Positions 13,292 to 25,872 of a DNA stretch of 64,000 bases are shown here, piece by piece. Source of the stretch: Ruditapes philippinarum (Eukaryota); NCBI RefSeq assembly GCF_026571515.1, contig NW_026858768.1, forward strand, positions 124,001 through 188,000, given 5' to 3'. The notes beneath the pieces are model-generated. The model searched no databases. It had not been told where the DNA came from and saw only the letters and a program-made list of their open reading frames with translations. Every line of letters starts with the position of its first letter. The first letter of the stretch is position 1. Position numbers and translations under genes: made by a program.

Positions 13292-14784
13292 TGAATCATT
13301 AACGCGACGTCTGTATTACAAAGTCATGTACATGTGTTTTAAAGTTCCCTTTACCCGCACAAATATTTCCAATTTGCCATGTAGACACTATAAACATACA
13401 CTGCTTTACATTCAATATGCAACACGACACCTGGTCGCCATCTTCAGAGTGGTAACCTGATAATGCAAAACATTTGTACCTTCCGTCATCGTCGGATTAC
13501 CCACGATACATAACATGTACATAAATCTAATTGTGTCGATATAAAGCAAAAGATGCGTAAAATGTCAATCAATGAAACCGTGTTTAGCAAAATTTATATT
13601 CTTCTACAGCGAAGGTAAACAACTAATTATAACAGAAAACAATCCCCCCCCCACGGTTTAAACCTGTTGCACGTGTCTTGCCAATATAACGGCAATACTA
13701 TCCCCAAACTAAACTATTCCACAAGCAAAGACCACAATAGTTATATTTTTCTAAAGTCAACGTTTCAATAAACGTCGATTTGATTGGTTTTAATCGCCTC
13801 ATGAAATCGTGAGACACGCCATGAAAAGGCTGTCTACGGCTAATAATTGTTGGGTATCCGACGATGACCTTCTTTCAGACGATCACGTTTCGCCACTCTC
13901 GGCATGCTTGGCATGCGCGTTAATGTTTGTGTTTTTCTACACATATGAACTTGTTTGTGTTTTTTACGCGCATTAAAGGTCAAACTGTCCCTTATCAGAC
14001 ATATCCTAACCAGGCTGGAAAAAATGTGAATAAACAAAACATTGCACCAACATCTTTTTACTGTCATTCACGAGACGTGAAAATATATATCTTCACACCT
14101 TGCAGCTTCTGTATGTTTTATCCCTGGCTAGGTTTGAAGAAGATCAAGTGATGGAAAGTTTTATTTGGAACTTATCTTCATCCCCTAGCCCATGAGAAGA
14201 TTTTCAACCCTTAAGATGGTCCAGTCATTGTTAGAAAGAAGCCTGGCGCGTCGAAGACTCGTGAAACGTTATTATACTGGATCGTCACTAAATATTATTT
14301 TTTCTAAAATAATTAAACAAAACCAGTTTTAACCAAGCTCAAAATAATTGTATTCAACATATGACTGTACTTAGAATCCAAATAATTTTTAATTTTGGAG
14401 ACAAAATAATTAATCATTCAGGAAGCATTATAGGTGACGCAGCTGTCTATAAACTTGATGTAATTAATGCATTGTGTACACCGGTCTTACTGATATTTGA
14501 GAAACCGGTGTGTAAATGTGAAAAAAGGATTCTTTTTTGTTTTTTTACCAATCCTAGCAGTTATGTAAATACAATAATAGCGGTAATATGATCCATCATA
14601 ATGTAAACAACTACATGTACTATGTTATCATCTTTACGAACAAGAATTTAATTGTCCGAGACAATAGTCTCAATATCTCAAGGTCACAATAGTTGTATGA
14701 GCGCATTCGCAACTTTTCGGCCGTTTACGTCATGCTTCAACAGAGAGACTAATCGATCAATGATGTATTTACTGTGCAATATGA

Positions 14785-15045
14785 ACAAATCATGTAAATT
14801 TTGTGGGACTCATGTATTAACTGGGCGACCAATCATGTAATTATAGTACGACCACTCATGTTTTAAATGTGCGACCAATCATGTGTTTATTGTGCGGCCA
14901 ATCATGTATTTATTGTGCGACCAATCATTTATTTATAATGCGGCCAATCATGTATTTATTGTGCGACCAATCATGTATTTATTTTTCAACGAATCATGCT
15001 TTTATTTAGCGACTAATCATGCTTTTATTTTACGACCATGTATTC
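14785..15045. repeat. 23-bp minisatellite (about 10 degenerate copies) containing CCAAT
   Basis: Unit gcgaccaatcatgtatttattgt. Confidence 0.8.
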
Positions 15046-15487
15046 ACTTAGCATCTCTTCAGCCGTAATTCATTTATAATCTATATGACACGGTATATTT
15101 CTATACAGTTTAACTGTTTCTAATATATCACCTATATTTACTGACTGTAACACGTGACACGTTCCGTTTATAGAATCAATCCACAGTCCTTTTTGAAACT
15201 TAATACTCGTACACCGACAGCAGTAACCATAGTTAATTGATTTTATCACTTGCGGAAATTCAAGATTGTATGGAAGAGCATTATTTAAAGTCAAAATTAA
15301 AAACTTGCGTTTAAAATTTATATTCACGATTAAACGAAAAAAAATAAAAATGTATATTCCATACATGTCTGGAAACTTAATTAGCATGTACAATAGTGCA
15401 ATTACATATTATTGTATGCCTTTTTACTTTTTGTAATTTCATTTTCAAATAGTTTATCCTTTCAATATCTTGCTAACGTTATTTCAC

Positions 15488-16327
15488 GGGGCGTCCGTGG
15501 CCGCTGTGGGTTCGAATCCCGACAGGGACTTGGATAAGCTATCCAGCTAGCTTACGGAACGTCGGTGGTTCTACTCAGTTGCTTAGTTGTCCGTTCGTGT
15601 CTGAAATAATGCAGCGGGGGGCACATTAGGCCGCTATTCCATAAGTAACGTGTCATGTGTGACCCGCGTAGTGATCGCGTGTCCGGGCATGTCCGTGGGT
15701 ATTATTCCATAGGTTCGTTATTTTTATATACTTTTAATTGAAGTATTGCGAACAGAGGATAATTATTGGTAGAATATGAATTAACTTCATTATATACCGA
15801 AAAACAACAGTTTGTAACATCAAAGAATTAGGTAACAAAAATTGAATATTCAGTTAGGTTTTCAATAGCATCTCTTTAGCAACGAAGAACCAGATGGGTT
15901 TTTTTTTTAATCTGTCATCTCTGCTCGCATATAAACTTGTAAGGTTCTACCAACTATTTTGGCGAGTCTTTTTAAGTATTTTCTTTCAAATCGATAAAAG
16001 TATTTAATTTCGTTCGAATTGGCAAAAATTTTGTAGGGACGAGAACATGTCAGGTGACTAATCGCGTCCGAAAAAATCGCTCATCCTGCGAAACGGGTCG
16101 CGGATTTGCCGTCGGCGGAAGCGGGATGGTAAACGGACAAAAGGAATAGATTCTAACGTATTCTTTTGATTAGCGAATCGGGTAGCGACGCGGATGATCG
16201 GACGCGACCACTGATCACGTATAATGGAATAGCAGGCCTGTGAAGGTCTTCCTCCACCAATAAAGCTGAAACGTCGTGATGTGACCTATACTGTGTCTAT
16301 GTGACGTAAAACCTAAAACAAACAAAC
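15488..16327 (+). mobile_element. tRNA-derived SINE interrupted by a MITE
   Basis: B-box ggttcgaatccc and body agctatccagctagcttacggaacgtcggtggttctactcag. The element resumes at about 16240 (ggtcttcctccac...cgtaaaacc-aaac tail) and is collinear with the uninterrupted copy at 40612-40840. Confidence 0.85.
15628..16239. mobile_element. Non-autonomous TIR element (MITE) inserted in the SINE
   Basis: Ends aggccgctattccata and taatggaatagcaggcct are inverted repeats, and the element splits the SINE body. Confidence 0.8.
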
Positions 16328-17618
16328 GTTGTTTCACAGTTATTTACTTTGACAACATTTTGGGCAAGCGTTTTGCAATTGCAAAATCTACCGGGCCGAT
16401 TCTGATAGTTGTTTCCTATTTGGCACGTGATTTATTAACTTCATAGCTTTGTGTGGCTATATAAGCCTCGGCTGTAATCACCCTGTGATATTTATATATT
16501 TGTAAATGCAGAAATTTAAATATTACGAAAAATATTGAAACAGATTTTATCGCACGAGAAGTAGTATAAGAGATAAAGGAAAAAATAGCCATGAGAGAGT
16601 ACATGAATCTTAAATATGATACAAGCTGCTTGATTTAAATGCTTCATATACCCCAAAAATGTTATTGCTATTTTATTATTTCTCAAAAGCTTTTTCATAT
16701 TTAGTATTCTGTAAGACCATCCAAAACGAATCGGCACTCTTTAACCATCTTTGTTTTTTGCTGCTATATCAAGTGTCTTGTCTTGTCAGTATTTTGTTCG
16801 GGATCTTTCCAATATCCGGTTGCAGCGCGTGATATTTTGAGATATTTCTTTTGAACAGATAAATCTAAAAGAATCGTATTGTTCAATTATTTTTGAGTGG
16901 TCTCCCTTTTTAAGACTTGAAAGAATATCATTACACATAGGCTGCATGTTCAATACAATTTTTCCATGATCATGATGATACCATAAATCCGTGATGATAC
17001 CTTGGAAAAAGAAAACTCGTACATAGGGTGTCACCCCGGTATTAGAACCAGCCTGTTAGTAGTCTAGAAAATAGTTCACCCATAGTGTTATGTGTACTTA
17101 TTCATCTATGCTATATGATGACTTCAAAAGTAGTTGTGTGTCTATTCTCCAGAACCTCATTCCTTGTGGGAAAGATTAAAGATGTACTACATTTCTTTTG
17201 TGATTAGGAAGATGTCTAACATATCATATATTTCGAATGGTGCGAAAATTGACAAGGTCTTGTACATAAGTAGGGTCAGATCAGTGCACATACCACGGGT
17301 AAATGATAATAATCAATAATAATAATGATAATAATAATAATGATGATGATGTGATGGTGGTTATGATGATGATAATGATATATATAAGTATATAATAAAT
17401 ATGTTCACCAATTATCTAATATATGAATAAATTGTTCAAATGGAGAAATCATAGTTCTATTACACATACATATGTATAACAGAGAAAGTCAGAAATCAAT
17501 ACGGTATATGGTAGAAGTTTAAACGTTATGATAAGAACATATGTATGTATGTCAGTTAAAGTTATTTATAACGCTGATATAAGTAATAGGTGATGTTCAC
17601 TCGATTGTATCGAATATA

Positions 17619-17642
17619 GGTAAACCCCTAGTTTCACTTTCG
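17619..17642. promoter_or_regulatory. ISRE/IRF element with adjacent NF-kB-like site, upstream of the cGLR gene
   Basis: AGTTTCACTTTC at 17630-17641 fits AGTTTCNNTTTC. GGTAAACCCC at 17619-17628 (reverse GGGGTTTACC) is one mismatch from GGGRNNYYCC. The pair lies about 90 bp before a GTAAGT donor at 17731. Confidence 0.6.
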
Positions 17643-17730
17643 ATTTACATTGGCAGCACGAAGATTCAAGTAGTACAAAAATTGAAATGTAATTTGTTTT
17701 GTTTTGGGAACACTTTACCATAATAGTGTG

Positions 17731-18537
17731 GTAAGTTTTTTTTGTTGTTGTGTGTGCGCGTGCGCGTGTGTGTGTGTGTGTGTGGTATTAGATCAGTTCC
17801 ATTTGAATTTTGTGATCAAAGTATGAAATATTAATAATGCTTTAGGGAAAAAAATACTGCATGTTCGTTTTAAAATGCCTTTTACGGGGTTAGTTTTTTA
17901 AAACAGTTTAAATGTTATTAAGAAAGCGCTTTTAAAAGGTTTTTTTGAATGAAAAAACCCCATTTTTAAAAAAAGGGCAAATGGTGTTTAAATTAGATTT
18001 TAAATTAACATTGAAAAAGATAATTTAAAAAAAATTTTTTTTGGGGTCCGCAAGAGGTGTGTGTAACAGAGGGGACTGTTTAGAAAAATAAACTGTTAAT
18101 TTAAGGCTGTTAAAGATAGTTTTATCGGAGACACAGAGTCACATATTCTAAAAGTAAAACATTTTCATAAGACTAAAAAGTAGAGCAAAGTCTTATGGTT
18201 GTTAAAAATGAATTGTTAAAAGCCCAAAAATGCATTTTTTTATTTTCAACAAGCTTTTTTTTATTTACAGTTTCCAAAATTTCACAATCAACATTTTTTC
18301 TTCAGGTGATAAATATCTCACATGTACTAAATCCATTATGATGATATTATTATACACGTTTACCCTTTGTACTGAAGGAGAAAACTATTCGTCTCTCGGG
18401 CACAATGTTCTTTTAAAATGAACACTATTGAGGAATGTGTAGGAAATAGGCGACAAGAACTTAAATAAAAGACTTTTGATTGGTCAAAAAGTAGGTAAAG
18501 AACTTAAACATATTGTTTTTTTTTTTTTGTTTTACAG
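17731..18537 (+). other. Putative 5'-UTR intron of the cGLR gene
   Basis: Donor G|GTAAGT at 17731. A long poly-T tract ends in TTTACAG at 18537, 45 nt before the ATG at 18583. Confidence 0.6.
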
Positions 18538-18582
18538 AAGGTAACAGTTTGGGTCGTTGCTCTTTGTCACATTTTATACAAA

Positions 18583-20967
18583 ATGACCGACACTGAGAAG
18601 AAAGAATATGATTCAGATTTTTCTGAACTTGCTAAACAAATTGACACCACAATAGACCCGGACTTGGTGGACCAGCTTAACCAGGTTGATCATTTAAATT
18701 TGTTTTTTAAGTGTGATGCATTTGGCAACGAGGAACTTATTCCAGTCGGGAGTTGTGTTGATGGGTCGAAGATTACGTTACCTAGTGACAGTGGTGATGT
18801 TGATGTGTTGATGATTTCCAACAGGATCATTCTGACGGAATCTTTGTTCGATTATGACTTAGAGAGGCCTGCATTTCTCCATATTAAAGTGAACGAAGAT
18901 CATGAAAAATACTTTAAAACTGTGCAAGACCCAGTCAACGGAATTTACCTACCAACTAGCGTACTTAAAGGACTGAAAGAAAAGATGTTCTTTATGTCAA
19001 AGGTATTTCTGAACGCGGAAATACAAGAAGGTTTATCTAAGGATGGGAAATTCCTGAACGTAACTAGAACGTCAGCTGTCGGCAAAGAACAAATTCAATT
19101 GTGTCTGGATGATGAAGAGGTCGTTAATATTCCTGAAAACGCAGATCCATTTGAATATAAAGTGAAAAGAATGGAGAAATTTGTTAGATGCTCTCTGGTT
19201 GGAATATTGAATGTGGTTGGTGAAATTGAAGCATCAGACGATAAAGATGAAACAGGAAGACCTGAAAGAAAAAAGTTAGCATATGAAGAAATGTCTTTGT
19301 CTGAAGTACTAAACAATTTCATAGACATGATTAAAGGATCATGCGGTACAAGCAATAACGATAACTTCGAGGACGATAAACCTGGCAAACAAGATGTCCA
19401 TGGTGGTGCAAATTCTGATACCCCACAAAACTTTAATGAAGAGCACACTCACGCTAAGGCAAACAAGTCTTCGAGTGAAAATTTACACAAGAGAAAAATG
19501 TCAAAGAATTGTACACCACTACTGAAACCTGAAATACTTAACCCTAACACAGAACCAAAAGCAGAACGTGATAGCGACACACCGAAGAACGATGCTCCAT
19601 TCTCTATAGCAAAATCTACAGATTATGTCCCTGCATATAGATTCGATGGCTGGCCACGAGTAGCAGACGAGTGGTTAACCCGGTCACGAAAGTGGCCATC
19701 GAAGGAAACCATGAAAGATGTTTTAAAGGCTGGGTGTCAGGTCGTAGCAAAACGACCTCTAGCTTTATGTAATATACCGATATCAGACGAGAGAGATCCT
19801 TACTTCAGATTGTCGTTTGCACTTTCTGAAGTACATCTTGCAAAGAGCATGAGAGAACCACAGTTGCTTTGTTGGCGTGTATTGAAAGCATACCAGAGAT
19901 GTTATCTTGAGACTAAACCGAAGTTTCTTACCTCATATCATTGGAAGAATATACTGTTTTGGGTTAGTGAAAGTTTGGACGAATCATTTTGGACCGATGA
20001 AAATGTATCTGCAGCTGTCCTGAAATGTCTTGATTTTATGAATGATTGTCTACAAAATCAAAATCTGCCATTTTATTTCGTTAGAAAAATGAATATGTTT
20101 GATGGCTGTGATGGAACTCTTTTTGAAGGTCTGAAGAAAAGAGTTGAAGAAATTCGCTGTTCACCAGCTGAGTTCTTGAAATGCTTTATAATGGAGCCAC
20201 CTACATCTCAGGTGTACTTTATGGATAAAGGTGAAATCGAAGTCATATTTAGTCAAGAAACAAAAGAACAGAATGATACAAAAATGACAGAAGAAATAGT
20301 AGATGGGATGTTAGGTATTTTTCTGTCTTCTTATAATATTGACAAAGGCGAATGTTTCATGGAACAGATACACACAAGCATGTTGCAGATTTTGAAAAAG
20401 TTACGTTTTGTCAAGAAAGAGAAGTCTTCTGATACTGCTCAAATTTCAGACAAAATGATACCAAAATTTAAAGATTGTATCGAGGCAATGAAAAGAAAGA
20501 TAATGGGACAAAGTTTAAAGCATTTTATGAGTTTCCCCGTCATTTTTTGACGTTTTACAAGAGCACGAAACGAAAAATGAATCAGAGAAAAGAAGGGGAA
20601 AAAAAATGGCACTGTATAAAAAGCTTAAGTCTGGCCCTTTTTAGATATGCAGAAGGCCGATGGACCATCCGAATTTTTACCGTGTTTTAACGAAATGGCA
20701 ACATTTATGCAAGACGAGCTAAAAGATAAAGCTGACAAAAGAGATGATGAAAACATGAGAGAAAATAAATTTGCATCAACAATAATAGGCGGATTTTCCC
20801 AATTCATGAAAGTCGTGCAAAAGAGCGACGAACCAGGAAACCAGAATGGAAATCTTGTTGACGACTTGCGGAAAACTGTTGATGAGATATCACAAGAACT
20901 GAGAAATACTTCAGTTACAAAACAGAGTTCAGAGAGGAAGTATGACACTGATATAGATCTTGATTAA
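18583..20967 (+). CDS. cGAS-like receptor (cGLR)/Mab-21 nucleotidyltransferase; main ORF 18583-20550 with a frameshifted C-terminal extension to 20967
   Basis: VGSCVDGS...GDVDVLMI (hGS + DhD); third acidic residue in STDYVPAY; WP..A.EWL.R.RKWPS; GCQVVAK; FRLSFALSEV.L; LTSYHWKNILFW; LPFYFVRKMNMF. The downstream 106-aa ORF is in the same frame and ends DIDLD*. Confidence 0.9.
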
Positions 20968-22136
20968 CTAATCTAAATAATTTTATTTAAAATTATAAAG
21001 AGGCAAACATAAAAACAACAGTAGCAAACATCCGTTAAACCGTGGAAGTGAGGGAAACATGTAAATAACAATAGAAATCATTGACACAACAGTAGAAAAG
21101 AGAGAAAAAGACATCAAAGCATTTATTTAGATAAAGCAATTCAAAGTGAGTTTTCCGATCTGAACTCATGTGTTTAAATATTTATAAAGCAGCTATCCTA
21201 CTGCTAAAAATGAAACAAAATCCGCCCGCTTAGCTCGATAGGAGTAACATGTTAGATTTGTTCACTAGGGACAACGGACTTTGCAAAATTATTCGGTGAC
21301 AATTGATCTGGTACATTGAGTCTCGTTGTCATTTGTCCGTCACCACAAAATAAAAAAAAACAATGCTCGAAATGGGAAATGGAATACGAAAAAAAAATTA
21401 AGTCAGTGAATTTAAAAGATACATAGTCAAGCTTAATGCTATTTGAAGGGACCTAAACGTGTTCTCTGTTTTTGGAGAAAAATATAATTATATAATCGTG
21501 ATGACGGAAAAAAGCTAAATTATAAACAAGTGTGCGAGTGGCTAGGTAAAGGCAGTTCCATTTTTGCGATAATTATCCAACATCCGTTTGGGATTTGAAC
21601 CGAGTACCCATATAAATATGTATTATCAGAGTTTTGTGATTTTATCCTCTGCCGACATGAAAATGAAGCCCTAGTTTGTCACTTGTGTCACATTATTCCG
21701 CTTACAATACACTGCCTTGTTCGCTTTAAAACATGTAACTCTTCGCTTCTTTTGTTTTGAAATATTTCTTTATCAGTTTGAATATTTTTTTACATTTTTG
21801 CTTTTGCTTTTATCACAGGAAATCAGTTTTAAGAATTAGAAATTTAGAGTTGAATTGACAAATTAAATGTCAAATTCTAATAAACATAGACAAAACAGAA
21901 TGCTTAATAAATGTGTCATTAAAGAGTATGAAAAACGTACTAGCATAAAGTATAGTTATTGTATTTATTATTGTTTATACATGATGTAAATTTGTCGTCC
22001 AGCACAAGTAGAGGTATATTCATTATACAGTTTGTGTTTGCTTCTACTCCTTATCAAATTGTATTTAATGTTTTATGACCGCTTTCGGAAGCTTGGGCTT
22101 GATAAGCTGAAATCATACAACTGAAATTGTCGTATG

Positions 22137-23104
22137 TTTGTGTCGCCTCTACGGAGTAGTTGCGACATATAGGGATCACTTCTCCGTCGTCTGTCTGTCT
22201 GTCCGTCTGTCTGTCCGTCCGTCACAAAACTTGTCCGGACTACTCCTCATAAAATATTGGTGCAATTTCATCCAAACTTTAAAGGAATGATCAGTACCAA
22301 GTCTAGTTGTGCATATTGTCAGCATTTTCCGGTTCAATGATTTTTGTCAGAGTTATGGCCCTTTAATATTTTTTATTTTTAAAGTTTGTCCGGACCACTT
22401 CTCTTATACCACTAATGCAATTTCAATGAAACTTTACAGGATTGATATGTAGCTCAAGTCCTTGCGCATATTGTGCAGGTTTTCCGGTTGAATGATTTTT
22501 GGCCGAGTTATGGCCCTTTGATAAAAATGTGTTTTTTCTGTGTGTTGCCAGATACACAAAAGCTTGTCCGGATTACTCCTCATAAACTACTGGGGCATTT
22601 TCATCCTAACTTTACAGGAATTTATGTCGCCACTACTCCGATCACTTCTCCGTCGTCTGTCTGTCCGTCTGTCTGTCCGTCTGTCTGTCCGTCACAAAAC
22701 TTGTCCGGACTACTCCTCATAAACTACTGGTACAATTTCATCCAAACTTTACAGGAATGATCAGTACCAAGTCTAGTTGTGCATATTGTCAGCATTTTCC
22801 GGTTCAATGATTTTTGTAAGAGTTATGGCCCTTTAATAATTTTCATTTTTAAAGTTTGTCCGGACTACTTCTCTTATACCACTAATGCAATTTCAATGAA
22901 ACTTTTCAGGATTGATCAGTAGCTCAAGTATATGCGCATATATTACACAAGTTTTCCAGTTGAATGATTTTTTACTGAGTTATCGCCCTTGAATATATAA
23001 CATGTTTTGCCCTGTTAATCATTTTTGTGTCTTCCACTACACTGAAGCTGCAACATAAAATTGGCCATCATGTGGCGACACATGTGGTCACTGATCGCTC
23101 TTGT
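22137..23104 (+). mobile_element. Helentron-associated (HINE/DINE-like) non-autonomous element with duplicated head
   Basis: tgtcgcc head, (gtct/gtcc)n microsatellite, internal tandem units, subterminal inverted ggcgaca and a 3' end gctcttgt. The head plus microsatellite is repeated at about 22621. Confidence 0.75.
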
Positions 23105-23730
23105 ATTCATTTTAATGTGATCTCATCGTATTGTTGTGTGCGTTAAACTTGAAAAAATCAAATCAAATCTAGTCGTTCTTTAATTTTATCTATTGTTTTT
23201 GCTATCAATGTATCAATGTATCAATGTAATAACAATTGAATAATTTATTTACTATTTAGACACAAGAACATTTGTAAAGGTCATATAGCCACCTTCTAGC
23301 CTAAATGGTGCAGGAAGATCTCAGATAGAGCCACTCAGTAAATATTTTCATGTACAAGCGAAAATTTGACTAGAAGCAGCACTGACCATCGATATGCTAG
23401 ATTGATGGCATTCTCATACGAAAGAAATAATAGTCCCAGGCAGGGTTTGAATTAACATTGTTAACCACTAGATTATGAACAATTCTCTGTGAAAGACCCT
23501 AGTAACAATGTAATTTAAGAGTTAATGATCTTTATTGGCGAACATATCAACATATTATGTAGGATAAAACAATCCATGCACATCTTAAGAATTGACCTTG
23601 AAAGTTATCATTTATTGAGCTGCCTGTCAATCATGCGTATTGTATGAGACAAATGAATTGCAAAAGTGTTTAGTTTATATATATCATACGGAAGATCATA
23701 TTGATCTGCTAGAAACGAACCGTGATAAGA

Positions 23731-25627
23731 TCAATCAAATGCCAAGTCTAAAACCTTTATGGTATCTGAAGAATCCAAAGTAACAATTAATCGTGACTTT
23801 TGATGGTCAAAGCACAACGCTTGTGGTATCGTTATGCCATCAACATCAATGGTACATATTTGATATATGTTCTCTGATAGCAAGATGACGGTGTTAGAAT
23901 TATAACCACACAGAAATAGTTGCTTTCCTGGACCTGAACAAATTCCTTTTAAGTTATCTATGTCTTTGAAAATACGTCTTTGTCGCACCCTTCCGTCATG
24001 TGTCATAATCACCAAACATTTGTATGTATCGGCAATGTATAAAAAGTCTCCGTGTTTCTGTATATGTTTGGGTAATGACAAGTCTATATCGTGAAGCCTA
24101 AGCATTTTTCCTGATAAAGTGTAAACACAAAGTACACCTTTCCCCTCGCCGTTTTTATGTTTTCCACCACAGGTAACGTAAATATTGCCGCTTACATGAG
24201 CAATTCCACGGCAATTATCTCGTACGCTGAATGACGACGACAATGCCATTTTCCCGGTAAGGCCTGCAAACTGAACGAACTTGACATCAGTGAGCGCTAT
24301 AGCTACACTAGAACCACCTACAAATCACATGGCATTTGGTTGACCAGGCAGGCACAGACAGTTGGTGACCCTGTATTGACTATCCAGCGCTTTAAGACTT
24401 CTGTTCTCAAAATCAGTGATATAGATTGTGCCATCATGATGTTGAATGATATCTGTAATATCGCATACCGATTTTTCATTTCGACCTCTCACATCAAAAT
24501 CACCATTGAGACCGACAGTCTTTATTGTTTTATTTTCAACAATGCTACCCAGGGATTTGATGGTATCAGCAACATCAGCGGCTCGATGATTCATTGATAA
24601 TTCAATAACTTTCTCCGAGGATGCTCTCATGTGTTTTAAAGTGTTAACACATTTCTGTCGATTTCTCTCCGCAAGTTTTAGTTGCACGAACAGTGTAGAA
24701 ATGTTGTCTTCAGCTATATGTTTAGATAAAAGACGATTTTCATGTTGTAGGGTGGAAATTACTTTATCCGTGTCGTTTATATCTAATTGTACATCTTCTT
24801 CAATTGTAGTTACCTTATCTTCAAGCTCAGATAAGAGATTCGATTCTAATGTTTTGAAATGGTTGATTATTTTGTTGGTACTTTTTGTTATTTGGCTGGA
24901 AAGATTACTTTTCTGTGCTTTCAAATTTGCAAAAAGATGACGTCTTTCACTACACATATGTTTCGCCTGATGATTCACCTTTTCTATCTCTATTACGGCA
25001 TCTTTTGCTTCTTTCATCACGTCTGCATCTTTAGCTACTTTAGGTATATACAACTTGTGTAAGCAAGAACTGAAATTTAAACACAAAAAGCATTGATTAC
25101 AAAATAAAAGACTAACTTAAAATGTTTTGATAATTGAAAATTTTCTTCAATTCCAAAATTTCTAATAAAGGTTATTACACCTTTTCATGCATTTAAACTG
25201 TTTCTACGTCTAGCAGTGTTCAAGGTTTTACAAAAAAATGTTAGTAATCTTCATACCTATGATTAATGATTGCACATGCGCCACAGCAAACTTCATTATG
25301 GTCCTGACAGAAGATATCAACAAGTTTCCCATGATGCACCTCGCACCTTTGCGAAGGTAAATCCAAAGTGCTATTCATCCTTTTATCAGAACACTGCAGA
25401 TTTTCAGATGTCTTCAAGATTTGATGACTCTTCATACTGTCAAATTTAGTGTGTTGTTTCAAACATGTCTGGCAAAGAAAACTATCACATTCTACACAAT
25501 ACGCCTCTGCTTTCATGTTTTTCCCTTCTCTCTGGCACGTTGAACATTGAAATTCATGGTATTCGTCGGAGGCAGTCAGCTCGTGATAATCGTCAACCGA
25601 ACATTCGGACGTCTCTATGTCGTCCAT
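23731..25627 (-). CDS. RING-less TRIM-like protein (B-box1, B-box2, coiled coil, NHL/beta-propeller), 2 exons, with one in-frame TGA
   Basis: Exon 1 is 25627-25257 (CSTC..AEAYCVECDSFLCQTCLKQH; CEVHHGK..DIFCQDHNEVCCGACAIINH). The GT-AG intron is 25256-25070 and exon 2 is 25069-23731. The 253-aa and 172-aa ORFs are in one frame, separated only by TGA at 24325-24327. About 569 aa if read through. Confidence 0.85.
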
Positions 25628-25861
25628 TTATTCTCGTTTGTTTCCTACAAACGATTTATCACACACTGTAAAAACAGAGTCGCTTTGAATTTAATTTTAG
25701 ATGGTATGAATCATATCCGGGATTGTTCATGTTTTGTTTCCGATACATTAATGTAGAGTTAAGTGTTTATCCTTGTTTAATAAGTGGTGTTTATTTATGC
25801 GACGATTCATCAAATGTCTAACTTTACTGTAAACAGATGTGCGACTGCTTATCTGGTCAGT

Positions 25862-25872
25862 GTTTCGTTTCG
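25862..25872. promoter_or_regulatory. Possible IRF-binding element upstream of the TRIM-like gene
   Basis: GTTTCGTTTCG (reverse CGAAACGAAAC, containing the AANNGAAA core) about 235 bp upstream of the ATG. Confidence 0.35.

Noticed and set aside
19095-24940. Antisense ORFs over the cGLR and TRIM genes (e.g. 19095-19448, 20625-20948, 24629-24940)
   Set aside because: Shadow frames of real coding sequence with no independent features.
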